Below, piece after piece: positions 38,001 through 45,300 of a stretch of 64,000 bases of DNA. A program made the translations under genes and the position numbers. Every line of letters starts with the position of its first letter. Position 1 is the stretch's first letter. The stretch lies in IMG/VR virus record IMGVR_UViG_3300029319_000001, one strand, 5' to 3'. This DNA comes from a virus (Duplodnaviria; Caudoviricetes). A model generated the notes under the pieces. That model saw only the letters and a program-made list of their open reading frames with translations. It had not been told where the DNA came from and made no database searches.

Positions 38001-40732
38001 AAGATATCGTTTATGATCCTGTTGCTGGTATCATGACAGTAACTGCTGCTGCTCATGGAATGATGAACGGCGACTATGTTCTTATCGAAAATAATTCAAT
38101 TAAACTTGAGTGTTCACAAGATAACTATGTTACACCTCATCTATATCCAAGAATTACTGATCCAATTAGCGGTGATTGGGTATCAGTCGCAAGTACAACA
38201 GTCAATACATTTGCAATAGATGTTGGTAAAACTAATACTGGTGATCAATATGTTCATAGATTTGCTGGTGCAGTGCCCAATGGCATTAGAAAACAAAATG
38301 GAACTATTACTTTCCAAGCAGGTATTTCAACTGATACAAGTGAACATCGTTATGATATCATGGCAGGTCATGAAGCATCTAACGCAATAATTAGCGGTGG
38401 AAACTATGCTCATACTTTTGCTAGTGCATCAACTGGAGCAATTAGAACTGGTGGTGGATTTGAACATAGATTTGTAAGTGCTGCTTCTAGCACTCTCTAT
38501 GTTGATTCTTGGACAGGTGCTGCTCTAACTGTATCAAATGCAGTGTACAATCCTGAGACAGGTATTGTTAGGTTTACTGCTAAGAATCATGGATTGGTTG
38601 CTCCAGAAAGTTTAAAACTAAGAGGCATTGGTGTTACTTGTGCATATGGTGCTAAAACATATCCAAATGATAAAACTGGTTTCTTCTTCAAGGTTAGATC
38701 TGTTGGAACTACAACATCATTTGAAACATTCGTTGGAGTTTCTACCTTACAGCATGATTATACTGGTGGTGGAGTGGTACAGGTTGGTGTTACAAGTAAT
38801 CTATTCCCAAGTTTTGACGAAGCATATCCTATTGCAGGTATTGTTTCTGCTCGTACATTTGAGGTAAATGTTGGACCTAACACAATTGGACATACTTATG
38901 TTCAAGGTGGTACGGTTGCTGAATGGTATCCTCTATCTTATGGTTCTGGATATAGAACTGGATTAGGAACTATTGGTATTGGAATATCATCTCCAACTAA
39001 AGGAGTCAATGCTGAACTAACTGCAATAGTTGGTGCTGGTGGATCTTTGATATTCAGTATTGGTGCTGGTGGAACTGGATACACTGGTGAGTATGATCAA
39101 GTCTTTGCTCCAGAACCAAACGGAGAAAACTTACCTATTGTTGGAATATCTAGAATCGGTGGTGGAACAGAAACTGGTGTTGGTTGTTCTGTTAGTGTTG
39201 AAATTTCTGGTATTAGTACAACTACTGGTATTGGATCAACTTTAGCTGAAGTTTCTGGATGGGAGTTTAGTAAGAAAGGATATGGATTTAAGAGAGGAGA
39301 TGTATTTACTGTTGCTGGTCTTTCTACAGATCCTAATGCAGGTGATAACTTTAGAAACTTTGAGTTAGAAGTTGTAGAAGTATTTACTGATGATGTTGCT
39401 TCTTGGCAGTTTGGTAATATTGATTATATTGACAATATAAAACCAAATCAAAATGGAAGCAATAAGAGATTCCCATTATATTATCAATCACAGTTAGTTA
39501 GTTTTGAGATTGATAGAAACGATCAAGATTCTAGTGAAATTGATTTATCTACTGTTTTATTAGTATTCATTAACGGAGTAGTTCAAGAACCAAATGTTAA
39601 TTACATATTTACTGGTGGTTCAGTAATTGAATTCTCTAGTGCTCCAACTAAAACTGATGATGTTGTCATATTCTTCTATAGAGGAACAATAGGTCAAGAC
39701 AGTTTCATTTTTGATATTAATGAAACTATTAAAACTGGTGATACCTTAAGATTAGATAAGAGTGCTGAACTACAATTTAATAGGGTAGATAAAGATCAGT
39801 CAAACTTTACTCAACTTGAAGATAGAATTATCAAGAGGATTGATAGTGCTTCTACAGTAGAAACTCCATTCTATCAAGGTCCAGGTGTCAGCAATGATAA
39901 TTTTAAACCTATGACATGGACTAAGCAAAAGGGAGATAGAGTTATTGACGGTACTGTAGTTTCTAAAGCAAGAGATTCATATGTATCTCAAATAAATCCT
40001 ACTGCAAATATTATTGGAGTTCTTACTTCAACAGATAATTTTGTATTTGTTGACACTGTTGGTAACTTTAGAGATACTGATAATCAATTAACAGAATCAT
40101 TTGGATTACTTGCTATTGCTCCTGTTGGATTTGGTACAACAGCATCTACTGGAATTAACTTTGAGAATATATCTGGTGTTGAACCATTAGTTGCTGATGT
40201 TGCTGGATATATAGGTGTGGTTACTGGTATAGGAACTACTGCTGGTATTGGTACTGACTTAGCACTTGAGGTTTTATTTGATAATCAAGAATATGTTAAT
40301 GCAGGTAATGATGCAACAGGATTCTCAACAAATTATCCATTCAAATTATATGGAACAGGTATCAATACAGCAGGAATTGCAATAACGAGTATTGATACAC
40401 ATGATACTGATATAGTTTCTATCAGCACACATTATGGAGATAATATTTACTATGCGAGTGCCATTAGTTATCGTAATGGTGGTCGTCAGGGTATTATCAC
40501 TGCTAACATAGCATCATATACTGACACAAGTGATATGGTTGGTGTAGGATCCACAGGATTTGCTTACGCTCACTTTACTTGGGGAAGATTTGGTAATGTA
40601 ACCAGAGCTGCTAATGCTATTGAATTAGATGTTAAAGGACTACCTTATGATAGTCAACTTAGCAACTTCCCTCTAGTTATTAGAAGGGGCGTAGGGCATA
40701 GAGGAACTGGATCTCTGCCCAAACTTCTATAA
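26081..40732 (+). CDS. gp7: Giant gp7-like baseplate wedge initiator (4883 aa)
   Basis: Position between gp6 and gp8; YESKGTNASFKILFKALF, DNDYYQNMSYAI...HPAGFKNF; also a YHYH-like domain and internal Cys/His repeats. Confidence 0.8.
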   Translation: MIETYSPLSPRVKTYQVVSEIIPEFAKSENPLFEKFLRQYYISQDFQGGPADIAENIDAYIQVDNLTTDVIRGSTTLVGTISSTDTTVTVDSTDGYPQKYGLFKIDDEIFSYAGITTNSFTDVWRGFSGISTFTKQNDPEELVWENTVAGVHTSGANVQNLSSLFLKEFYRNLKAMYAPGLEGVTLSPQLDVSNFIKEARSLYESKGTNASFKILFKALFGVDPKINDLEKFLIKPSFANYLRRKTVSVELISGNPQALVGQTLFQDNDPTNPELNAASGPISEVSLIRDDYFKLSLFTGFDERGLTDGTFYVPGRSQNIGTIGIGASVITVDSTIGFSSIGTIKVGEIGTSFYQTFDYDAKSINQFFNVSPPVSVPIPNNSTVSTFNIVYGYEEGDPTRKVEMRLTGVLSEFNTARPLRNLKSTSDIKVKNLGRYVANPNINKSYEEVFFNSWVYNTSTRYQISNFSGSTFILLGDIQKSSLKVGDKVELLRRNSELVVAPLLTVVSIDATAKSVGVDGTLGTLDPLLFYDFRRLQNKVKSSIVPVRGGQDQLLTDINNTYIVDESKSASSKREGFVASSSLPSYTIISDKIHAELINPSFAGGNWEGYDSVENRYSIIAFPTNVPFETGDEIIYAPAPGTEVIGALDAPTYFVEVLSAKNKIKLYRSRSFIKANLPSFFTAPTSATGTHDFILASQGKREIFPARPIRRFILEQQLKSGKEGQTTSELTVDGNTAMLVNGIEVLNYKGADSLFYGPVKTLNVLNSGFDYDVQAPPNINISDETVSVANTAGAVPVLSGIVTSVVIDPFDYDLEKVISVEIYGGNGSGAVGRALLEERFRQVYFNGISTSLQGNVSGTYNSFNLDKAHNFITGDRLVYDNNGGDNLGIATTGGIADSLTLFSGQDYYINVINETDFTLHNNKQDSIVGVNTILIDENAALLNGGLHIFRTFDKRLTISRISLENSGSGYANRTLLIKPVGINTFNDSIEFVDHGLTDGEVVEYENGANAIVTGLSTTKQYKVLKIDKDKFRLAEAGNKGDRETLDTNYNNRQNVYLDSVGAGSGYHTIKYPPIVCKVKVLTKNQQQEEPTATPVVRGQIDDILIYDHGANYGSKILNFPNPPIVNIPTGQLGQIGLVVSNGTITDAFVANGGSGYVGPPDLTVVSAATTATGAILRSIVNDAGKITDVKVISGGIGYAATNTSVNVTPVGQEFKAEATVRSLTVNKAYRLDSPELDFLQPIGEGLAVNVVGYGNSIRNFFDDDGTGHSPIIGWAYDGNPIYGAYGLVEIDNIQSDVKKMESSYEISATNISNRPPSAEYPYGYFVDDYVYTGNGDLDEHNGRFTKTPDFPEGCYAYFSTIDNLNNPQFPFFVGNTYRSFAIEENTINGKLLDQTTFEFSTSDLIRNTQPYNLFGDNVSYDYVFQPYRVNNQVSNPSSLLQGPVESINIVNKGSGYSIGEKLVFDTTGTGGVGLDAEVSKLHGKPIDNISSSVTTLSNLPIEHTRDGVVFKVTPYHEFDAENTVNVLGISTYIKNLEGFKKIAVAGYGASLTDDGYTGIITDIRVNFIAPNVAVGDSIGIGTETARILDFFPSEKILRIERYAGFTTAAVGAAVTYFTSEFTVPVETDPFNSKFQSLIYFNPKEAVGVGTTVGISTTVNVSLNGVTKQRSILAQTLHLPNHGLKTNVKVTFDKRGNTDLFVTDSISPYTAPSALSGDFYVINNTPNTIGLKTNTEGPALFFTTTGDDKANYSLVTNYKQETATVRRSQVTIQTTVDHGLEENDRFDLIVKTGLTTGIGTSTRATVKLIDGYTVINPLDIPTSGVNTTTGIFTIEDHALETGFKVLMYGAGGIPSQLPSGLEQRTYFVLKIDADTFQLANTEKQLRADPPELVSFVSVGHTGQSINPINPPVTVFRENNIVFDLNDTSLLGSKLKLFYDRNYFNEYVGTGSTSNLEVVGFGTVGIGTTNPDTMPYKQVNFSDSLKDTIYYAIEKGGYITTSETDVVNGNEIKYKDSGFNGKGYIATGVAGTVFTANIGAEPEKDHYTQDDCAELYYSHTGAAATGGVSKIKIINGGFGFQRLPAVTSIGSSGISAELELFGSNINLLDEVSVPTDVFGYPSDNTLKPDAFLPRILLIKNANKVLSAKVTFGGRSYLNAPSLVVFDQTTGEIITNGLLVAELSDTAVNRVNVVVEPRGLTGNDYGIAPLRNSNGISVLEAVSDVGILTCKITTPVLGYDVEPFQTGDIVYLEGIDYTPGSGDGFNSGDYKFIDFAIADYNSATNPREVTFTYTGLTTNPGIGATVVPGFGQIVKSEDLARFEATKSFSEFRSNEPLRRNNDLFTDLIMTDIDVNAGIMVVSGSLNLQVDDKLLGTNSGDVCEVQAITEFDGYFEISPTIDTNVGWSDNIGLIGDNNQFLPDNDYYQNMSYAIESEKTYEELVTYVNDIVHPAGFKNFANTQILATGNAGETFIPAKDAGGLVLDFINDPLRVDAIYNFDVARDANSADNLSKFIEIEQTRLADFILCKTNRVLLHDDISPQFISNESNDLSDSRVIAATVAGRYFSRYLVQTIHDAQDPLKNHYQLNELILITCNEDTYLVQKSALNNTNQVGLATGYGEFFAQFNVNNGQTQVRIKPYEPFDTNYDIKAFQQGFADSVGTGQTELGNAEVRSVNASVGTGTTTEIVGINTVNLAGYHAHIVVVNKNDNKVDYHELVGQHDGVDTYLTEVGSFNTRQSLGGLSSPQFMGTFTSAIESGVVKLKYVHSEAQAVDVKCKFLSFNPVGYGTTSVKHFNIPFTPEGSERSGRIVVGSSATTGIATVCGITSFTDLSFKSTVSVSYGSTQTFHQIYVLSDPNKADTFLSQGPIAAVGTTTGIGTFGAEFSGSNVNLEFYPDSGVTGIVSIFSYNEIIYKQNDPNGLLAGIGSFNYGQVFENQTQNTYLGINNRNIRKFGLKYQNTPIYQRAINPENVNDIDKGTGLITVKHFFSNTEKVSYLPDSNIVGLAASALEYSTGYGSTVLPSECFIVKSNNNQFFISTSIQDARIGKGVTFAQDKGQGNLHKFTMDKRDSKSIISLNGLVQKPLSHTSITYELDTAVNGFVTCFALSGLSTITSGDLLRIDDEYSIVQTVGFGSTPAGPITGIGTWSLVEVERGTVGSAATVHSAGSTARIYRGAFQIVDSDVYFTNAPLGGDLGLIDPSNLPYPRASFGGRTYLRQDYSTNQIFDDNSDQFDGLENIFPLTSTGVAVTGIGSTGGNGVLFINSMFQAPFGENNEGVANFKIIEQSLGGIASVNYTGITSFGFTDLIIDEGDVNQNQLPRGGIIVSVASTPGQGYAPFKGAKVRVTTGKDGAITGITGISTTREFIDVESVDYDKITGLATVSTTKVHRFGVEDFAKLVGLEFTCPTSGYPSGITTLGITSFVYDHLVGIATIITDSTHGFTDPNLVGIVTDGLTFTCDMDGYRTNHTYPRSTDPANNKFLEIRNVTRDEFDVNVGISTQVRYTPVDAVYDAVAGIMTVTIGSHNIMSGTSIKIDQESINFQCAMDGLSTTKSYPRTTDPYFDRAISVASTTATGIAITVGTSPIVNYSITTATYNPSTGIVTATIGQHPLKDGTSIKLKEGSLIFRCETDNYISTHTYPRNIIDTQTINGAEYDATAGIMTVTVVPGGRLIHDGDFVRFDNDSIRFTCDMDGGTSTKSYPRSTDPYSGKWVPITGIGTTSFAVNVGKSPIQPFAISSAIYDPTAGIVTVSIPDHEFMTGTSIRISPYSLAFRCGLDTYQSIHRYPRTTDTVGYNTAVSIASTTVDTISFQILPSQPSSNVSTHHHVPNDKLTPINASYDPVVGIMTVTSNNHGLYNGDYVKFDDGSVNFTCTRDNNQKVCGYPRPKDPYHNTWVKVSNVTTNTFRVNVGKSYDTATHTFVSGTTDSITRSVIVGGGAYNHTFVSAGVGSMDQKRDRTFDQPVKITAGYTLDTAEDIVYDPVAGIMTVTAAAHGMMNGDYVLIENNSIKLECSQDNYVTPHLYPRITDPISGDWVSVASTTVNTFAIDVGKTNTGDQYVHRFAGAVPNGIRKQNGTITFQAGISTDTSEHRYDIMAGHEASNAIISGGNYAHTFASASTGAIRTGGGFEHRFVSAASSTLYVDSWTGAALTVSNAVYNPETGIVRFTAKNHGLVAPESLKLRGIGVTCAYGAKTYPNDKTGFFFKVRSVGTTTSFETFVGVSTLQHDYTGGGVVQVGVTSNLFPSFDEAYPIAGIVSARTFEVNVGPNTIGHTYVQGGTVAEWYPLSYGSGYRTGLGTIGIGISSPTKGVNAELTAIVGAGGSLIFSIGAGGTGYTGEYDQVFAPEPNGENLPIVGISRIGGGTETGVGCSVSVEISGISTTTGIGSTLAEVSGWEFSKKGYGFKRGDVFTVAGLSTDPNAGDNFRNFELEVVEVFTDDVASWQFGNIDYIDNIKPNQNGSNKRFPLYYQSQLVSFEIDRNDQDSSEIDLSTVLLVFINGVVQEPNVNYIFTGGSVIEFSSAPTKTDDVVIFFYRGTIGQDSFIFDINETIKTGDTLRLDKSAELQFNRVDKDQSNFTQLEDRIIKRIDSASTVETPFYQGPGVSNDNFKPMTWTKQKGDRVIDGTVVSKARDSYVSQINPTANIIGVLTSTDNFVFVDTVGNFRDTDNQLTESFGLLAIAPVGFGTTASTGINFENISGVEPLVADVAGYIGVVTGIGTTAGIGTDLALEVLFDNQEYVNAGNDATGFSTNYPFKLYGTGINTAGIAITSIDTHDTDIVSISTHYGDNIYYASAISYRNGGRQGIITANIASYTDTSDMVGVGSTGFAYAHFTWGRFGNVTRAANAIELDVKGLPYDSQLSNFPLVIRRGVGHRGTGSLPKLL
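36190..38920 (+). repeat. Nine nested protein repeats within gp7
   Basis: Unit Y(D/N)xxxGxxTVTxxxHxxxxGxxVxxxxxxxxFxCxxDxxxxxxxYPRxTDP...FxVxVG...HxFV. Confidence 0.8.
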
Positions 40733-40735
40733 ATA
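40728..40735 (+). promoter_or_regulatory. T4-type late promoter
   Basis: TATAAATA upstream of gp8. Confidence 0.75.
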
Positions 40736-40768
40736 CAAAAAAGTTAGACCTTTAGTGCTACAGATGTA

Positions 40769-42340
40769 ATGGCCGCAATTATCACAGATCAATTTAGAAT
40801 AATAAATGCTAATAATTTCGTTGACTCCGTAATTAGTGGTGATAACTCCTATTATACTTTTTTAGGTCTGGCTAATCCAACAGAAACTGGATACGGAAGA
40901 ACGAGTACATGGAACAGTACAACTGTTGAACCACCATCACCAACAGATAGTGTTAGTTACATAAATCATGTATATGATACTATGATGTTTGGTAGAAAAG
41001 TTTTACCTGGTGATGTTCGTAGATTAGTAAGAAAAACTCAATGGACAAAAGGTACATCATATGATATGTACCGTCATGATTATGATGTAACTAATAGGTC
41101 ACTAGTTTCTAACTCTAGTAGACTATATTCTGCAAACTATTATGTAATCAATAAAGACTTCAGAGTTTATATTTGTATTGATAATGGATCTGCAGGTATT
41201 ACATCTACCGCAGGTGCATCACTTGATGAACCTACATTTACTGATCTTGAACCATCTGCTGCTGGTGTTAGTGGTGATGGTTATTTGTGGAAGTATCTAT
41301 TTACAGTTCCTCCTGCTGATATTGTTAAGTTTGACTCTACTGAGTATGTTGCTGTTCCTAATGAATGGTCAACAAGCACTGAGAATGAGATTAAAGTGGT
41401 TCGAGATAATGGAGACTCTACAGTAAATAATAATCAAATTAAAGTTGTTTCTATTGATGCTCAAGGTGAAGGTTATTCTTTCCTTGCATCTCCGATAGAA
41501 GTTGATATACTAGGTGATGGAACTGGGGGTAAAGTCCGAGTTCAGACGAATACCAATGGTCAAATAATTTACGCAAAAGTTACTGCAGGAGGGCAAGGTT
41601 ACAGTTTTGGTAGGGTTGATCTTTCTTCTATTAATGGTAGTGCTACAAAGTTTGCTAAATTAACACCTATTATTCCTCCTTCTAGAGGTCATGGATTTGA
41701 TCTTTATAAAGAATTAGGAACTGATAAAGTTTTAATTTACACTAGATTTGATAACTCTACATATGATTTTATTTCTGATACAATATTCTCTCAAGTAGGA
41801 GTTGTTAAAAATCCTGTTGCTTCAGGTGCTGGATCTACTTCAGTTCTTAATACATCAGAATTTTCCGCAGCTAATTCTATGAAATTTACAGGAGATCTAA
41901 CACAGACTCTTGTAGTTGGTGCAGAGATAACACAAAACATACCTGGCGTTGGAACTGCCAGAGGTTATGTTGCTTCATATGATGTGACTACAGCTGTGAT
42001 CAAATATTTCCAAGATAGAAATCTTTATCTTCATCCTTCGTTATATGATCAAACTGATAACATAGGTGTTGGTGGAGATGCAAAAGTTCTTGATTTTACT
42101 GCTGCTGGAGATGCTATCACCTCTGGTGCATTTAGTGTAAACATAGATGGAGGTTTTTCAGGAATCTCAACAACTACACCATCTGGTAAAGTTGTAGATC
42201 TCGGTGTACAGTTTACAAGTGGTCTCGCTGGACCTGAGATAAATAAAAGAACAGGTGAGATTATTTACCTTGATAATAGACCATCTATTACAAGAAATGA
42301 ACGCCAAAAAGAAGACATCAAAATCGTATTAGAATTCTAA
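40769..42340 (+). CDS. gp8: Baseplate wedge subunit gp8
   Basis: MAAIITDQFRI, WTKGTSYDMYRHDY, VYICIDNG, DGYLWKYLFT, EDIKIVLEF. Confidence 0.92.
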   Translation: MAAIITDQFRIINANNFVDSVISGDNSYYTFLGLANPTETGYGRTSTWNSTTVEPPSPTDSVSYINHVYDTMMFGRKVLPGDVRRLVRKTQWTKGTSYDMYRHDYDVTNRSLVSNSSRLYSANYYVINKDFRVYICIDNGSAGITSTAGASLDEPTFTDLEPSAAGVSGDGYLWKYLFTVPPADIVKFDSTEYVAVPNEWSTSTENEIKVVRDNGDSTVNNNQIKVVSIDAQGEGYSFLASPIEVDILGDGTGGKVRVQTNTNGQIIYAKVTAGGQGYSFGRVDLSSINGSATKFAKLTPIIPPSRGHGFDLYKELGTDKVLIYTRFDNSTYDFISDTIFSQVGVVKNPVASGAGSTSVLNTSEFSAANSMKFTGDLTQTLVVGAEITQNIPGVGTARGYVASYDVTTAVIKYFQDRNLYLHPSLYDQTDNIGVGGDAKVLDFTAAGDAITSGAFSVNIDGGFSGISTTTPSGKVVDLGVQFTSGLAGPEINKRTGEIIYLDNRPSITRNERQKEDIKIVLEF

Positions 42341-42344
42341 GAAG

Positions 42345-45300
42345 ATGCCACAACAGACCAATCTTAATGTAAGTCCCTATTACGACGATTTTGATCCTAG
42401 TAAAGGTTATCATCGTGTCTTGTTTAAACCTGGTTTTCCAGTCCAAGCTAGGGAACTATCTACTTTGCAATCTATTCTGCAAAATCAGATAGAAACTTAT
42501 GGTAGTCATATATTTAAAGAAGGTGCGTTAGTAATACCTGGTTCAACAACATTTGATGGAAATTATTTTGCTGTTCAAGTTAATCCAACACATTTAGGTA
42601 CTGATGTTTCTGTATATGCTAATAATGTAATAGGAAAAAGATTTAAAGGACAAAATAGTGGAGTTACTGCAAAGGTAATTAATTATATTACTGCTACTGA
42701 ATCCGATAGAGATTACGATACTTTTTATGTAAAATATATTGATTCATCTAGTGATGGAGATTTTTCATTCTTCCAAGATGGTGAAGTCCTTGTTGCAGAA
42801 GAACCAATAACTTATGGTAATACAACAATCAATATTGGTGGAACTCTTGCATCTACAATTGCATTAAATGCATGTACTACAGGTTCTGCCTGTTCTATTG
42901 ATGAGGGTGTATACTTTATCAGAGGAAATTTTGTAAGAGTAAATAAGCAAACAATTATATTAGACCAATATAATCAATCTCCATCTTATAGAATTGGACT
43001 TCAAGTTTTAGAAAGCACTGTTAGTGCAAAAGGAGATGAAAGTTTATATGATAACGCTAAAGGATTTTCTAACTTTGCTGCACCAGGTGCAGATAGATTA
43101 CAAATAACACTTGTCTTATCAAAGAAAAATATTAATGATTTTGATGATACTGATTTTGTAGAAGTATTAAGAATTAAAGAAGGTCAAGTATTTTCATTAA
43201 ACAGAGATAATGAATATAATAGAATAAGAGATTATTTTGCTAAAAGGACTTATGATGAGTCTGGAAATTATACTGTTAATCCATTTGGTATTAATGTTGC
43301 TGAGTCTCTTAATGATCGTCTTGGAAATGATGGTGTATATTTTAAAGGACAAACTACATTTGATAGCAATGAACCAGATGATGATCTTGCATGTTTAAAG
43401 GTAACTGCTGGTAAAGCGTACATTTATGGATATGATGTTGATGTAACTACTCCACAAATAATTGATTTTGAGAAACCAAGATCATTTGAAAGAGTTGAAA
43501 ATCAATCATTTAATTTTGAAATGGGGAATAGATTCCTCGTTAATAATGTAAGTGGTATTACTACACTTACCGAAAGAATAGATTTAATGGGAGGTCCTAT
43601 TGGTGGAAGTCTAAATGTTGCTGGTACTTCTCAAAAAATTGGTGATGCAAAAGTATATGGATTTTCTTTAAGAGATGCTGCATATGAAAATAACGGAACT
43701 GATTGGAACTTATATCTTTATGATATTCAAACATATACATCATTACAATTAAATGATAATGTAAGTTCAGATGAACTTAACCAATCTGGATTTATTGTTG
43801 GTAAAGAAAGTGGTGCTGAAGGATATGCAGTTTCTGCAGGTGCTGGATCTAGTAGTATACAAGTTACTCAGACTGCAGGAACATTTAGGAGAGGAGAAAA
43901 AATTAGTATTAATGGTGACGAAACAATATCAAGAACTATTGAAAAAGTAACTACCTTTGGTATTAATGATGTATATGAATTTGCACAAAGTGGAAATAGT
44001 TTCACTGCTAGTAAAAAATTAAATCAAGTAATTCCAGTTGGTTTTGGTGCTGGTCAATTTAAAATTGCTGCTGATGGTACAGTTACTTCACCAAGAGCAG
44101 ATAGTTTCTTAATTTTCAAACCTGGCGATATATTTTCTTACGGTGCTGCTAATGATACTGCTGGTGCCTCTCTTAATGTTCCTACTCGTAATGTAGTTCT
44201 AACAGTTGCTGCTGACGGACAACAGATGAAAGTCGGTACAATGACAACTGTTACTGATGTGTTTGATGGAGGAGTAAAAGCATTTGAGGGTATTGGATAT
44301 AGAGGTGTACAAGATGTTTCCTTACAAAATTCATCTTTAATTTCTAGAATTCCAGACATAGGAGTCAATAATGTAGATTTCAGTGATTCTACTTTATTCC
44401 TTAGTTCTCAAGTAACAAACGAAAGTAGTAATGCATTAGGTCAATTAGTTCTTCCAGTAACTTCAGTTGATCTTGACGATGTAACTTTTGTTGCTTTTGA
44501 TCAAGAAAGATATTCTGTTGCATATTCAAATGGAACTATACAATCTATTACTGAAGATCAAATCATAATAACTGGAAGTAGTATTACAATATTTGGACTA
44601 ACTCCAAATCAAACTAATATTAGGGTAAATGTAACTGTTCAAAAATCAAATATAAAAAACAAAGTCAAAGAATTTAAGAGATGTCAACAAACAGAAATTA
44701 CTAGATCTGTAAATCGAAGATCTGGAACTAATCCTGGTACTAGTATTAATGATGGATTAAATCATAGTGCTCTATATGGAATTAGAGTTCAGGATAGAGA
44801 AATATGTTTAAATCATCCAGATGCTACTGATATTATTGCAGTCCTAGAATCATTAGACACTAACACACCTGTTCTTGATAAATTAACATTTACATCTACT
44901 GATGATATTTTTACCGAAGCAATTATTGGTGAAAAAATTACAGGATCAGATAGTAAAGCAATTGCTAGAGTAATTTCTATTGATTCTGGTAATAATCAAA
45001 TTAGTATAGTTTATCTTACTGATAATAAATTTACATTACTAGAAACACTAGATTTTGAAGAATCAAGTGCTACTGCTACAGTTCAAGCAACAACACCTGG
45101 TAAGTATAATGATATTACTAGCAGTTATTTGCTAGACAAAGGACAGAAAGATCAGTATTATGATTATTCTAAAATTGTTAGAAATGCTGGAGCATTTGTT
45201 CCTCATAGAAAACTATTAATTATCTACAACAGATATGATGTTCCTAGTGGTGACACTGGAGATATATTTACTGTTAATAGTTACGATGCAGAAAGATATA

